Positions 36,972 to 47,460 of a DNA stretch of 64,000 nt are shown here, in pieces. This DNA comes from an uncultured Candidatus Saccharibacteria bacterium. GTDB lineage: Bacteria; Patescibacteriota; Minisyncoccia; Phycocordibacterales; XYD1-FULL-46-19. The DNA lies in contig CAZIIR010000001.1 of the NCBI GenBank assembly GCA_964539475.1, positions 2,869-66,868 on the forward strand. Direction: 5' to 3'. Numbering within the stretch: position 1 is the stretch's first letter; each line of letters starts with the position of its first letter. The notes under the pieces were generated by a model. The model worked only from the letters and a program-made list of their open reading frames with translations. It made no database searches and was not told where the DNA came from. The position numbers and the translations under genes are program-made.

Positions 36972-38840
36972 TTAATCGTTTACAAATTTTGATTCGCTTA
37001 AGTAGTCCATATATCCTGGGACATCTCTAGCTTGGTCTGGCTTATTTTGTTCTAACCAAAAGAAAAACGCTCTATCTGGATCAGCGGCAATTTCTCTTTT
37101 TCTTCTTTCTATTCTTGCTTTTACAATACTCTCATCAAGTGACTCTGTGCTTGCAAACTCACCATAACTAAATGTATTAAAATCAACAATATCAAATGCT
37201 GCTGGTTTTTTATCAAATTCGCTAAGCCATTTAATATACTTTTGATTTACTGCATATGGGTTCTTTTTGTCTGGATTTTTATTTCCAAACATTTCTTCAA
37301 AGTTTCTGCGAAGACCTTTTATTTGTTGGTCTTTTTGAGTTGTAATATTTTTACTACGATCTACAATTTCAATTGAAAGCTTTCCATTTTCATCATACAC
37401 ACTCCCATTAGCTTCAAACACCTTTGCCTTTGGGTTTGATGTCTTTTCAGCGTCAACACTTGCATCCCAAGCTCCAACAGGAGGTGGTGATTCTATTGCA
37501 GGTGCTCCGTATTCCCTTTCAGCCATTGCTTCAAGATGACCAACAATTGCTCTTGTTCTTACCAATGGATCATCTGACTCTGGAATATTTTTAAAATCAT
37601 CACTTTGACGAAACTTAATAATAGCCAAGTCTGCTTTTCTTACAGCAAGATCAATCTTAGCAGGGTCTTCACCAAGACTAAGCATCTGACCCTTATACAT
37701 CTCTATCTTACGCTCAATTACTTTTTCTTGATCGGTATATGTTCCGTTTCCGTATCGTGAAGCAAGAACCTCGCCAATAGAAACAAACGCATCTTTTTGT
37801 GTAACTTTACGATCTTGATTAAGCTGCTCTCTGTCTTTTGGTGCAAGACGAGACTCATACTCTCTTGCAATATTTATATTAAATGGATTCTTTTCGTCAG
37901 ATTGAGCAATAAGCTCACCAACAATCATTTGGTATTGATCAAGAGAATCATACTCTTCAACAACCGGAGGCATTAGCTCCTTAGAGCGAAGCGGTCCAGG
38001 TTTTGTTCCAAACTTTTCAAATGCGTCAACCTCTTCTTCTTTTGGAGATGAATGGTTTTCTTGTGGAACCTTACCAGAGAGTATATCACCATTTTCATCA
38101 AGATTGTAAAGTTCTTCAAGTGGTTGAATTCCATTTTCCCATCCTGCTTTTGGAAGCAATGGATTTGGACCACCCTCTGTTCCATCTGGATTAACCTGTG
38201 CGCTTGGCCATGTTTCTCTTTTAATAGTTAATGGATCAACGCCAGCGGTAAGTTGGCTTGCGGCACTTGAAATTCTTAAACTTCTATCTCTTAGTTCTTT
38301 TCCTTTTTCGCTTATTCTCTTAAGGTCGTTTGTAATACTAATATATTCCTCACTTCCTTTTCTTGGCGCTGCTGCAACTATAACATATCTACCCTTATCT
38401 TTGTCAAAAAACTTTCCAGTTAGCCTCATGTTTAAGGCTTCTGACTCTTTCTGAATATCTTTTTGCTGTTGAGTTAATAGTTCAGCCTCATTGTTTATAG
38501 CAGAAACCAATGGACCAAGTGAAGCAGCTTTTTTTTCTTGATTGGCTCTTAAATCAAGATAATCTTTTTTGTAAGCCATCTCTGCCTTTTGGGCAGCTTC
38601 TCTTATTTGAAGTTCTTTTTGTTGAAGCTTAAGGTTTTCAGTTTTATACCACTCATCAACCTCAATCTGTTTTAAATTGATTGTAGATTTAACCATGTCT
38701 TGAAACATGGCTGATCTATCTCTGTATGACTGACCAATAGCATTAAAACCTTGCGTAATTGCATTAGCAAAGTTCCTGTCGGCTTGGGCTGTTAGTTGAG
38801 CACCATTTAAAATTGTGCTGGCTGTATTTTCAGTTCCCAT
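36972..38840 (-). CDS. Putative internal virion/ejection protein
   Basis: Position between the pilot-like and giant proteins; coiled-coil N-terminus. Confidence 0.55.
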   Translation of the reverse strand: MGTENTASTILNGAQLTAQADRNFANAITQGFNAIGQSYRDRSAMFQDMVKSTINLKQIEVDEWYKTENLKLQQKELQIREAAQKAEMAYKKDYLDLRANQEKKAASLGPLVSAINNEAELLTQQQKDIQKESEALNMRLTGKFFDKDKGRYVIVAAAPRKGSEEYISITNDLKRISEKGKELRDRSLRISSAASQLTAGVDPLTIKRETWPSAQVNPDGTEGGPNPLLPKAGWENGIQPLEELYNLDENGDILSGKVPQENHSSPKEEEVDAFEKFGTKPGPLRSKELMPPVVEEYDSLDQYQMIVGELIAQSDEKNPFNINIAREYESRLAPKDREQLNQDRKVTQKDAFVSIGEVLASRYGNGTYTDQEKVIERKIEMYKGQMLSLGEDPAKIDLAVRKADLAIIKFRQSDDFKNIPESDDPLVRTRAIVGHLEAMAEREYGAPAIESPPPVGAWDASVDAEKTSNPKAKVFEANGSVYDENGKLSIEIVDRSKNITTQKDQQIKGLRRNFEEMFGNKNPDKKNPYAVNQKYIKWLSEFDKKPAAFDIVDFNTFSYGEFASTESLDESIVKARIERRKREIAADPDRAFFFWLEQNKPDQARDVPGYMDYLSESKFVND

Positions 38841-38850
38841 AATATTATTA

Positions 38851-40062
38851 TTACGACATTCCTCCGCCTTGGCTGTATCCAGCTATTTGAACTTGCTGTA
38901 ATGATTTATAGTAATCCTGCTGTGTTCGAGAGTTACTATAATTTTGCAACGCTGACGCGCCGCCAGAAATAGCAGAAACCATTGCAGCATTATTATTAGC
39001 CTGACTTGCTTGATCCGCTGATCCCTGAGCTATTTCAGCATTTGAAATATTAAACATGTTTTCACTAAGCATTGCCTGTGAAGACATAAGCTGTGAACCA
39101 AGATTATTAATTGCTTGAGTTCCATAGCTAAGACCAGAGCTTGCAATGTTTTGAGCAAGTCCTGTTTTAACCTTTTCAATATCAAGCAACTGATCTTGAA
39201 CTCTTGTTAAAGAATTACCAAGGTTTTCTTCATTCCTAATACTAAGTTGAGCATTATTGTAAACCTTAGCTGTGTTTGCAGCCTCAAGGTCCATTGCTGT
39301 TTGAAGAGGGCTAATTGGATCAACAGTTCCTTCGCGAGAAAAGAAGTCAGAAATAGCAAGTGAATTAGAAAGACCTTGCTGTGAAAAGCTATAAAGGTTT
39401 TGAGCAGAAAGGTTTGCAAATGTTCCACTTGCTTCTCCTACTGTTAATGCCTTAAGTCCATACATACTGGACCGCATTATTTCTCCCATCTTTCCGGTAA
39501 ACGCATTACCATCAAGAGCAGCAAGAGATGAGTTCATTTGTTGCGCGCTTCGCAACTCATCTTGTGTTCCTCCAGTAATGAAATCAAGATTTCCTTTCTG
39601 AATAGCATCCCTGTATTGAAAATCATTCATTGATAGGCTTTTGGCCTCATCCATAAATGCTGACGCGCTTGGTGCGTCAATTCCTTCAATTACATTAGCA
39701 ATATTATTATAAGTGTTCTCAGCAATACCTCTTGATTCAAGTGCAATTCCTGGAGCTACATTTCCAAACTCAATCAATGAATCTTTTAGGAATCCAATAT
39801 ACTCTTCCTGCAACGCCATGCTTTGCTCGAACTGGCCTTCGGCAATTCCATTCATTGCTGCAAACTGATCGTTCGCAAATCCAGATTGATTTGAAAGTTG
39901 AGCCCTTGAATTTGCTGCATTTTGTTTAGCAGCTTTTTTTGATTGGCTTGCAGAGTAAACACTGTATCCAGTTGCAGCAACACTCGCTACGGCAGCTACT
40001 GTTCCTGCTACGGCAGCTACGGTTCCAAAGACAGGAACAAAAATTAAAAAGTCTAAGATCAT
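38851..40062 (-). CDS. Putative DNA pilot/ejection protein
   Basis: Hydrophobic A/G/V-rich N-terminus followed by an A/Q/S/N-rich helical body. Confidence 0.6.
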   Translation of the reverse strand: MILDFLIFVPVFGTVAAVAGTVAAVASVAATGYSVYSASQSKKAAKQNAANSRAQLSNQSGFANDQFAAMNGIAEGQFEQSMALQEEYIGFLKDSLIEFGNVAPGIALESRGIAENTYNNIANVIEGIDAPSASAFMDEAKSLSMNDFQYRDAIQKGNLDFITGGTQDELRSAQQMNSSLAALDGNAFTGKMGEIMRSSMYGLKALTVGEASGTFANLSAQNLYSFSQQGLSNSLAISDFFSREGTVDPISPLQTAMDLEAANTAKVYNNAQLSIRNEENLGNSLTRVQDQLLDIEKVKTGLAQNIASSGLSYGTQAINNLGSQLMSSQAMLSENMFNISNAEIAQGSADQASQANNNAAMVSAISGGASALQNYSNSRTQQDYYKSLQQVQIAGYSQGGGMS

Positions 40063-40472
40063 TTTAATGTTTTTATTAAAGGATTGTTTGGTGCATCCGT
40101 AAACTCTTCAATTATTTTCTCATGATCTGTCATGTCAGTAACATGAAATGTCGCCCAAATCGTATCAGTTACAGCATAAAGAGCACGCCTTGTTCCGGGT
40201 TTTGTTATTCCGTGATATGGAGCCTCAAATATTTCACGCTCATTTGTAAGTTCATTAATAACAATAATCTTACCTTTTGATATTACAAATGGATGCTCGT
40301 ATTTGTGGACCTTGCTTGTTAAAGCTGTCCCTGCTGGAATGTATATTATTCTTTGATACAGCCCAGGAGTAAAGATGTGCTTTAACGGAAGTTCAATTAA
40401 TTTTAAACCAGCAACAATTGCAGCTTCTATGCCGTCAACTATTGTTGGTTCTTTTAAAAGTTCTTCACTCAC
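40059..40472 (-). CDS. Cupin-like conserved phage protein
   Basis: HIFTPGLYQR.IYIPAG...KVHK.EH...PGT.R..YA..DT.W.T.H. Confidence 0.7.
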   Translation of the reverse strand: MSEELLKEPTIVDGIEAAIVAGLKLIELPLKHIFTPGLYQRIIYIPAGTALTSKVHKYEHPFVISKGKIIVINELTNEREIFEAPYHGITKPGTRRALYAVTDTIWATFHVTDMTDHEKIIEEFTDAPNNPLIKTLK

Positions 40473-40477
40473 ATTTT

Positions 40478-40505
40478 ACTATACTACATAATAAAATTAT
40501 TGCAA
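40478..40505 (-). promoter_or_regulatory. Putative promoter (GTAGTATAGT class)
   Basis: TTGCAA-16-TATAGT on the - strand. Confidence 0.6.
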
Positions 40506-40510
40506 GTTGT

Positions 40511-41581
40511 TTATCGAATTTTCTTAATCTTTGAAAAGTCTCTAATTGAGCTAACTTGCATTTTAGCTGTGCTATTTGGCCTTTGCTCTCTTACTTCTTT
40601 AGCGAGAAGATTTATTCCTCCAAGTATAAAAGCTTCACCAAGCTGAATATTGTCTTCTGAGTATTTCTTTTGAACACCCTTTGCTATCGAGAGTATAGCA
40701 TTTTTATTATCAGATATTAGTATCTGAGTAGGATCAACAATGCTTGATGGTTTTGATCTTTTAAATAGACCTAATACACAATTGTTTTTAACGCAAGACT
40801 TTGATATTTGATATATCTTGTAGTTAGACGTTACTTCGTATGGCTCAAGCCTTGCTATTAATGTTCCAACATTTGTATCCTTGTTTACTAGGTAGTAATT
40901 AACAGGATTAAGAGTTGGGTCTTTAATGACGTTATAGATGTCTCCAATAATAATATCATTATAGTAAACTTGCTGACCTACAATTGGATACATTACTCCC
41001 TCATTGTATTTAACCTCTTCGTCAGCTAAGTCGCGATCTTCACAAACTATAGGCTTATTTTCTGTTTCTTCTTTATAGTAAGTGTATATTGGTCTTCCAT
41101 TGCATCCAAGAGATGAGACAAGTGTTTTCTTATTCTTCTCACAATCACCACCACATACAGCTATGTAATACTCGCTTTTGCAACCACTAGGTCCACATGG
41201 TTTGCACCATTGGCTATTAGGTTGAAACATTACAGGAGAATCACCGAGATGATAAACATCGTTACTAAAGCCATCTAAAGCTAATGGACTTTCCGCCGGT
41301 CCATTCTTATGGAATATAGCAGCGGTTCCATTTATATTTACAGGCTTAAAGTTTATATTACAACCAAGCAATACATTGTAACCATGGGGCGTAACAATTG
41401 TATTATCTTCTCTTACTGGAGTGTAAAAGAATTTCGTTGAACCATAAAACTTTCCAGATGACCAAATCTCATCTTGAACAAGGCTTAGTGTTTCAAAAAT
41501 ACGCTGCTCATCATTAGGATATGACATCCCAATGTATGGAGCTATAAACTCAGCTATTGATCCTGCTGTTTGATTAGACAT
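40511..41581 (-). CDS. Putative head-tail adaptor / structural protein
   Basis: Position in the tail cluster; inference only. Confidence 0.45.
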   Translation of the reverse strand: MSNQTAGSIAEFIAPYIGMSYPNDEQRIFETLSLVQDEIWSSGKFYGSTKFFYTPVREDNTIVTPHGYNVLLGCNINFKPVNINGTAAIFHKNGPAESPLALDGFSNDVYHLGDSPVMFQPNSQWCKPCGPSGCKSEYYIAVCGGDCEKNKKTLVSSLGCNGRPIYTYYKEETENKPIVCEDRDLADEEVKYNEGVMYPIVGQQVYYNDIIIGDIYNVIKDPTLNPVNYYLVNKDTNVGTLIARLEPYEVTSNYKIYQISKSCVKNNCVLGLFKRSKPSSIVDPTQILISDNKNAILSIAKGVQKKYSEDNIQLGEAFILGGINLLAKEVREQRPNSTAKMQVSSIRDFSKIKKIR

Positions 41582-42012
41582 TATGTTAGTGCTGGTGGTC
41601 TAAGTATATACCAATACATTCTTTGAGTAGCGGTGGCAACTGGTGAATTTATTCCGTATGCATCAAGCTCTGCTACAGTAAGAGCGGCAAGGCCAGGTTT
41701 TAGATTTGCAATTGGAAGACTAAGAAATGGAATGTTAGCAGGGTATCCAGACAACGAGTAATCAACTTGCCACTCTCCATCTATATGTTTACCTATTCCA
41801 TAAGGAAAGCTGGTTTTTATCCAAACAAGCTTTTTATCGTCTCCTTTTGGAGTTTCATCGCTTTCAATAAAATTATTAACAAGGTTTGTTGAAAGCGAAA
41901 GATACTTAATAATAAAATTAAGAAGCTGTTCAGGTCCATCACAAAGACCTTTAAAACTTTCTGGAATAGGTTCAATATCTTTATTTATCGCTGCTGTAAT
42001 TGGTATATTCAT
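41581..42012 (-). CDS. Putative structural protein
   Basis: Position in the tail cluster. Confidence 0.4.
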   Translation of the reverse strand: MNIPITAAINKDIEPIPESFKGLCDGPEQLLNFIIKYLSLSTNLVNNFIESDETPKGDDKKLVWIKTSFPYGIGKHIDGEWQVDYSLSGYPANIPFLSLPIANLKPGLAALTVAELDAYGINSPVATATQRMYWYILRPPALT

Positions 42013-43751
42013 TTTGATATTTTGTAGCTAAATATTTTAGTAGAAGCGCATAGTTTCTTTTCTTTTGGCTTGTCTTCTGTTTTGTATGTTGTCTTGTCGT
42101 AATCTACTATTTTAGCCAATGAAATTAATCTCTTAAACGAGCACCATCCTTTTATTCTTATCAGGTTTTGAATAGTAAAAAACCTTGCTGTCTTATCCTC
42201 TCCAGTTGAAACATTGTCTCTTGATTCTGGACAATTGTCACACGAAATAATATTATTAGACTCGCACTTGCTTGAAGATTTAAACTCAAGTTTAGATGTT
42301 TGCTTAAACTCTTCTGTGTCTGTTGTTCTTGATAAAATCTCTACTGTGACATTGGTCCTTATATCTGACAATGAATAAAACTTATTCTCTGGCGACTTTG
42401 GAAAAAGAGGTTGCGAGTAATCAAAAGACCTTGTTAAGAATTGCGATTCAATATCAACATATTCTCCCTTGTTATTAAAGTCTCTTATCAATGACTCGTC
42501 GTAAACATACAGTCTGTTTTTGCAATCGTGGTCATAAGACAGTATAAGCATTTCCTGCTCAACGTCACCGATAATATTTATATTCCATGGTCTTAATCCA
42601 GTGAATATAGACTCGACAATATCTTGATATTGATCCTTTTGTTTTCCGTAGTATGGATCAGGGGTCTTTACTAGCAATCCATTCCAATACACAAAACCAT
42701 CGCAGTTGGCTTGTGGTGCTATTGTTGTGTATATACTTTTTTCGTATGCTCTTGTATAACAGCTATCAAGATAATGTCTTGAATCATTGTTAAAAAACAA
42801 TGAAGCTTCTACGCTATGATTTGTGTATCTGTCTTTGTTTTGGAAATCAGCCCTTCCTTGGTTTAGAGAAACAAGACCGTAGATTGGGTTTCTAAAATAA
42901 ATATTACCGTTTGATGTTTCAAACGAATTACCAGAAACGGCACCAATTCCAGGAAGTATATTGTCAACAAATCCAGTTCCTTGTTGTGCTGCAAGTCCCC
43001 ATGTTGTTCTTGGTCCTCTTACGTCTGCTGAGTAAAAGTCTTTCTCAGTTGCAAATGCAAGGTTTCCACCTGCTGCATCTCTTGCTATTGTTCCAAGCTT
43101 TCCTATTGCCTGAATAATACTTTCATCTTCTGGAGCAACAACTCCATAGATATTATCAATTATAGCTTCATCAAGAGAAATTGGTTGCTTAATCGTAGAA
43201 GACTCTATTTCTCTTCTGTTTGGTTTAACATACCAAAAGCGATTCTGAACATAGATACCCATTAATCCTGGGCCTATTTCTCTTTTGCTTTTCTTTGCTC
43301 TTTTTACCTCGCCTTTTGTTATGTATAATGGAGCATCAAATCCATTGTTTACAATAGCTCCGTTTGGAACTCTTGTTATCCAACAATGCTTTATACTTGG
43401 AACATTTTGATCTTGAGTATTAAGTATCTTTGCTTTTCTAGTATATTTATTACCAGTTATCTCAAATATCCATCCATCAATAGAATACAAAGAAACAAAA
43501 CTTCCGTCTGTGTCTTTGTATGATCCACAGCCTTGTGGGTTTCCGTTCTCCCAAATTTCTTGATGTGCTGTTACTTGAAATTCAATTGGTATTCTCCTAA
43601 ATCCAAATCTGGTTTGTATACCTTCTCCAGATTTAGGAATAACCTGATTGACACTGTAAACGTATTGGTTTTTACCAAGCAATGAAGGACTAATAGAGGA
43701 ATCCATTCCTCCAGCAAAGCTTACATATCCTTCTGGCTTTAAATCGCTCAC
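42009..43751 (-). CDS. Putative tail nozzle / DNA stabilisation protein
   Basis: SFAGGMDS...N...TRFG N-terminus and a beta-rich 580-aa body typical of podophage nozzles. Confidence 0.6.
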   Translation of the reverse strand: MSDLKPEGYVSFAGGMDSSISPSLLGKNQYVYSVNQVIPKSGEGIQTRFGFRRIPIEFQVTAHQEIWENGNPQGCGSYKDTDGSFVSLYSIDGWIFEITGNKYTRKAKILNTQDQNVPSIKHCWITRVPNGAIVNNGFDAPLYITKGEVKRAKKSKREIGPGLMGIYVQNRFWYVKPNRREIESSTIKQPISLDEAIIDNIYGVVAPEDESIIQAIGKLGTIARDAAGGNLAFATEKDFYSADVRGPRTTWGLAAQQGTGFVDNILPGIGAVSGNSFETSNGNIYFRNPIYGLVSLNQGRADFQNKDRYTNHSVEASLFFNNDSRHYLDSCYTRAYEKSIYTTIAPQANCDGFVYWNGLLVKTPDPYYGKQKDQYQDIVESIFTGLRPWNINIIGDVEQEMLILSYDHDCKNRLYVYDESLIRDFNNKGEYVDIESQFLTRSFDYSQPLFPKSPENKFYSLSDIRTNVTVEILSRTTDTEEFKQTSKLEFKSSSKCESNNIISCDNCPESRDNVSTGEDKTARFFTIQNLIRIKGWCSFKRLISLAKIVDYDKTTYKTEDKPKEKKLCASTKIFSYKISK

Positions 43752-43764
43752 AGTAATTATTTTA

Positions 43765-44871
43765 TTAAGCCCAAAAGCCTATTAGCGTAACAGTAGAGCT
43801 TGCAACAACTGGTGTTCCAGAAAGAATATTAGATTGAAGTGTAACAGTTCCACCGGAAGTTGTCACAACAAACACTCTTCGTGTAATAAATACAGATTCA
43901 CCTGCTGGAACATAAGCTACCTGTAACTGTGTTCCATTAACAGTAATATTCATTATTGACCCTGTTGCTCCTGCGTCTTCAATTACAAGAATAAGCTCAA
44001 GCTCAGCAACTACAGCACCACCACAAAGAGATATAGATGGAGCATTAAGACCTGCCCATGAATATGCTATAGATGTAGTATGACCTGTGTATAGATTATT
44101 AAGCCTTAAGTCCAATGACTTTCTATCGTGAGCAACACATAATGCTGGCTTTCCTTTTTTTAAGCATCCTTTTTCATCTGTGTAAACAAGATACTTGTGA
44201 GTCAATACATCGTTGTATGTAACGCTTGCTTCATTTGTTATAGACATTTCTGGCATACACAAAGTCCTGCCACCTTGTCCTGTAAATATGCGCTTTATCT
44301 TACGAAGACAAGCCTCGATAAATGTTCCACCAAAAAGAAATGCAGCCTGATGGTCTGGATCGGTATCAAGTTCTGGAGTTGCATAAAAGCAAATCTCATC
44401 TGATTCGTTTAATATTTTTATTACAGAATCAACTCCTTCTGTTTCAAGAAGAGTAAGAAATTGCTCTTTCAGATAGTCAGAGCATCCAAATGGAGGTGCT
44501 GGAAAAATAACCGCTCCTTCTGGAATTACAACTCCGGGCTCTGGATTGCCAGCTACCTTATTAATTGTATTTCCTTTCTCGCATCCATTAAGAACCTTAA
44601 GGACACGCTCTCCGACTTCTGTTATTCGATAGAATCCATACTTGGATTTACCAATTACAATTCCAACATACTGACCAACCCCCCACAGTTTAGCTTGGCA
44701 AACATGAAGATTTGCAATCTTTCCAACTGCTGGAACTGTAAAGTCCTCGATTGATCTATCGTGGAATTTACCAGATTGCGATGTGCATGGTGATCCTTCG
44801 TTCTGAACATCACTACAAAGAGTTGATGCAGGTATAAGGATTTTATCTTCGTTTTGGCATCCGCAGGACAT
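43765..44871 (-). CDS. Cys-rich putative tail/fibre protein
   Basis: FTVPAVG motif, beta-rich C-terminus, position. Confidence 0.45.
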   Translation of the reverse strand: MSCGCQNEDKILIPASTLCSDVQNEGSPCTSQSGKFHDRSIEDFTVPAVGKIANLHVCQAKLWGVGQYVGIVIGKSKYGFYRITEVGERVLKVLNGCEKGNTINKVAGNPEPGVVIPEGAVIFPAPPFGCSDYLKEQFLTLLETEGVDSVIKILNESDEICFYATPELDTDPDHQAAFLFGGTFIEACLRKIKRIFTGQGGRTLCMPEMSITNEASVTYNDVLTHKYLVYTDEKGCLKKGKPALCVAHDRKSLDLRLNNLYTGHTTSIAYSWAGLNAPSISLCGGAVVAELELILVIEDAGATGSIMNITVNGTQLQVAYVPAGESVFITRRVFVVTTSGGTVTLQSNILSGTPVVASSTVTLIGFWA

Positions 44872-44873
44872 AA

Positions 44874-45605
44874 TTATTGAGGGTAAATTATTTGTAAGAA
44901 TCTAATATCATTATTAGAAAGTTTATCATTCCATCCAACTGTTATATTTGCAAGACCTTGTGGTATTGGATATTCCATAATGGAAGTAGCATCAAAATCA
45001 GTTGCCGTGTATCGTGAAGCTTTGCTTCTGTTTAATACTTGAAAGTCTATTTGCTCTTTAGACCATCCTTGTGTTGATGCGTAATATTTATATACAGCAG
45101 ATTTATTCCAAATTAGATTAATTGCTTTTGGACTTTGGTGTTCATGCTCAAGACCTATTGCGTGAAGAATTTCATGTTGAGCAACACGATCCCATTCTGC
45201 TTTTCCATCACCAAAAACACCAGACTTAAGCTCAAGATTCATTGTAGCTTGATTGCTAGAAATAGTCTTGCAATCAACACCTAAGTAACTCCAGTGCCCT
45301 TGTCCTGAATCAAACCTAACTCTGATGTCACTAGGTCCAGTTGTTACTTGAGTAAAGCGAAGATTAACTAAATTATCAATCGCCTGAAATCGCTTCCATG
45401 CTTCTGCTTTTTGTCCAGCTTTTCCTGTCAAAAACTTAACACGAAGAACTGACTTCTGTGTCCAAAACTTTGAGTTTTGACCCCATGCTTTTAGTGCAAG
45501 GCTGTTTGTTTGCATTGCTCGAATAGCAACACAACTTTTGCATTTATCGTCAGCTATGACATTAAATGCAAATACTGATAAAATTATTACAAGTAGTGTT
45601 TTCAT
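44874..45605 (-). CDS. Secreted M12A (astacin-like) zinc metallopeptidase
   Basis: Signal peptide; HEILHAIGLEHEH and SIMEY Met-turn; G.WSYLG. Confidence 0.85.
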   Translation of the reverse strand: MKTLLVIILSVFAFNVIADDKCKSCVAIRAMQTNSLALKAWGQNSKFWTQKSVLRVKFLTGKAGQKAEAWKRFQAIDNLVNLRFTQVTTGPSDIRVRFDSGQGHWSYLGVDCKTISSNQATMNLELKSGVFGDGKAEWDRVAQHEILHAIGLEHEHQSPKAINLIWNKSAVYKYYASTQGWSKEQIDFQVLNRSKASRYTATDFDATSIMEYPIPQGLANITVGWNDKLSNNDIRFLQIIYPQ

Positions 45606-46027
45606 TATCGTCTAACCGACCAAACATCAGAGATTGAGTATTTTGAAATATTAACCTCGTTGCTTTGATTTCCACCAAGGCAGTATATAAACTTACCTTG
45701 AACTTTTTCAAGAAGAGTAACATGATTTCCTCCTGATCTCCTCATAATAATTGTATCGCCTTTTTTCCAATGATGCGAAGCAAGAGGAACTTCAATTCCC
45801 CATTTAGACCATTCAGCGGCACGATAATGTTCTTTAGGAACTCCTGTTCCTGTCTCAAGTCCCCAAAGACCACGTATGCATCCACACCAAGCTGTTTTAG
45901 AATCATCCTCGTTTAGCCATGATGCAGAAAGCTTAATAGCCTGCTTTATTCTTGGCGTTGACTTTGATCCTGGGGTCTCCTTAAGACCAATGTCTTTTAG
46001 AGCATGATTATAAATTGCTTCACTCAT
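45605..46027 (-). CDS. NlpC/P60-type (TIGR02594-like) endolysin
   Basis: GLKE.PG....P.I, DD..AWCG, GNHV, LGGNQSN.V. Confidence 0.85.
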   Translation of the reverse strand: MSEAIYNHALKDIGLKETPGSKSTPRIKQAIKLSASWLNEDDSKTAWCGCIRGLWGLETGTGVPKEHYRAAEWSKWGIEVPLASHHWKKGDTIIMRRSGGNHVTLLEKVQGKFIYCLGGNQSNEVNISKYSISDVWSVRR

Positions 46028-46034
46028 AATATTT

Positions 46035-46472
46035 TCATTTCAAGAAGTTCTTAAACAGGTTTCCTGTTTCTTTTATTGCTCCAACATTGGCTTCTGGATT
46101 TGATCCTAATACCGTTGCAGCTTGTCCTGTTGTTTTTATTAACAACTGATCTGTTGCTGCACTACTTCGGATTCCTAGTTGTGCTGTCGCTTGTTTTCCT
46201 GCGTTGTATGCATCGTATGATCCTGCTGCTAGTGCTGATGCCCCATATGAAACTACACCATTAATACCATGTTTAAAGCTTGCTTCATCATCTGTTTTGA
46301 CATACATTCCTTTTCCTTTTGTTGAATCAAACTCAGCTTTTCCTCCCATTTTAACCAAAAGGTTTTTTTCTTTCTTTACCTTTCCTTGGCTAATTTCAGT
46401 CTTTGAGTTATAAGCTGTTGTGCAAGAAACACAAAGCAAGCACAGTAATATATTAATTAGTTTCGTTTTCAT
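46035..46472 (-). CDS. Lipoprotein (possible spanin component)
   Basis: Lipobox CVSC; adjacent to the endolysin. Confidence 0.5.
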   Translation of the reverse strand: MKTKLINILLCLLCVSCTTAYNSKTEISQGKVKKEKNLLVKMGGKAEFDSTKGKGMYVKTDDEASFKHGINGVVSYGASALAAGSYDAYNAGKQATAQLGIRSSAATDQLLIKTTGQAATVLGSNPEANVGAIKETGNLFKNFLK

Positions 46473-47007
46473 CTTTTTCTTTATTTAATTTGTCTGTTAT
46501 TCTTTTTTCTGCCTCTGTTAAAATAGACTCCGCATAAGAGTCCGACTTTTTATATACTTTCTTTATCAATGATAGTGAAACTATGAAAAAGAAGCCAGTA
46601 ACAATAGCTCCTCCTATTAGCATCATAATGGGATGAAGTATTAATTCTTTACCAACTGGTAAAATAAGTGAAAGAATTATATTAGCAGCACTACCAAGCA
46701 TTAAAGAAAACCCTGCTCTACCACATGTTACATTAGGAGGTTCTTTTCTTATCCTGAAAAGAATAAGACACACAACCATTAATGCTCCACCAAGTAAAGG
46801 AACAAGAAGTCCTCTTAGTTCTGATATATCATTAGTCAACCTTTCTTCTGCCCATATAACAAATCCGATAATAGAAGTAAACATTCCTGCAAAACCCCAT
46901 GTTATCAATTCAATTATTGGTATTACTCTATGTGGCATATTAGTTGTGTCCAATCCTCCGTGATCCTTATCTATAAGAGACTTTTTTAGTTTGTGAGCAC
47001 TGGTCAT
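46453..47007 (-). CDS. Multi-pass membrane protein (holin candidate)
   Basis: About 4 hydrophobic segments, charged C-terminus, in the lysis cluster. Confidence 0.55.
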   Translation of the reverse strand: MTSAHKLKKSLIDKDHGGLDTTNMPHRVIPIIELITWGFAGMFTSIIGFVIWAEERLTNDISELRGLLVPLLGGALMVVCLILFRIRKEPPNVTCGRAGFSLMLGSAANIILSLILPVGKELILHPIMMLIGGAIVTGFFFIVSLSLIKKVYKKSDSYAESILTEAEKRITDKLNKEKDENETN

Positions 47008-47066
47008 GTTTTGGCTTCATCTAATGTTTTTATTACATTTTATTTAAACCTATCAAAACATAATAA

Positions 47067-47450
47067 TTAATGAATATATCTTGAGCTAAGTTTTGATCCA
47101 TAAAATCCACTTGGAGGATTTGGGCCTTGCCAAAACTCGGTTCCATCTTTGCATTTTACAAGTCGCACTGCTTGGTATTTTGCACCATTTTCCCAACTAA
47201 TAACTTTTACTGTTCCTGGGTAGTATGTTCCGCTAGAGTCTGTTTCTGGTTTTCCTGCTTTGGCAATTATATTATCAGAAGAACGCATTACTTCTGCGTC
47301 TCTTTTTCCGCTTGCCATTCCCCTTAGTTGATCAAGATAATTAGAATTATAAAGATTTCCAGAATCTGATTCTATTACAAAATCAGGAGAAGAACAAGAA
47401 ACCAATGTTAAAATAACACTATAGACTATTGTGATGTATGTTTTTTTCAT
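47067..47450 (-). CDS. Lipoprotein of unknown function
   Basis: Lipobox LVSC. Confidence 0.5.
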   Translation of the reverse strand: MKKTYITIVYSVILTLVSCSSPDFVIESDSGNLYNSNYLDQLRGMASGKRDAEVMRSSDNIIAKAGKPETDSSGTYYPGTVKVISWENGAKYQAVRLVKCKDGTEFWQGPNPPSGFYGSKLSSRYIH

Positions 47451-47460
47451 AACTTTTTTA

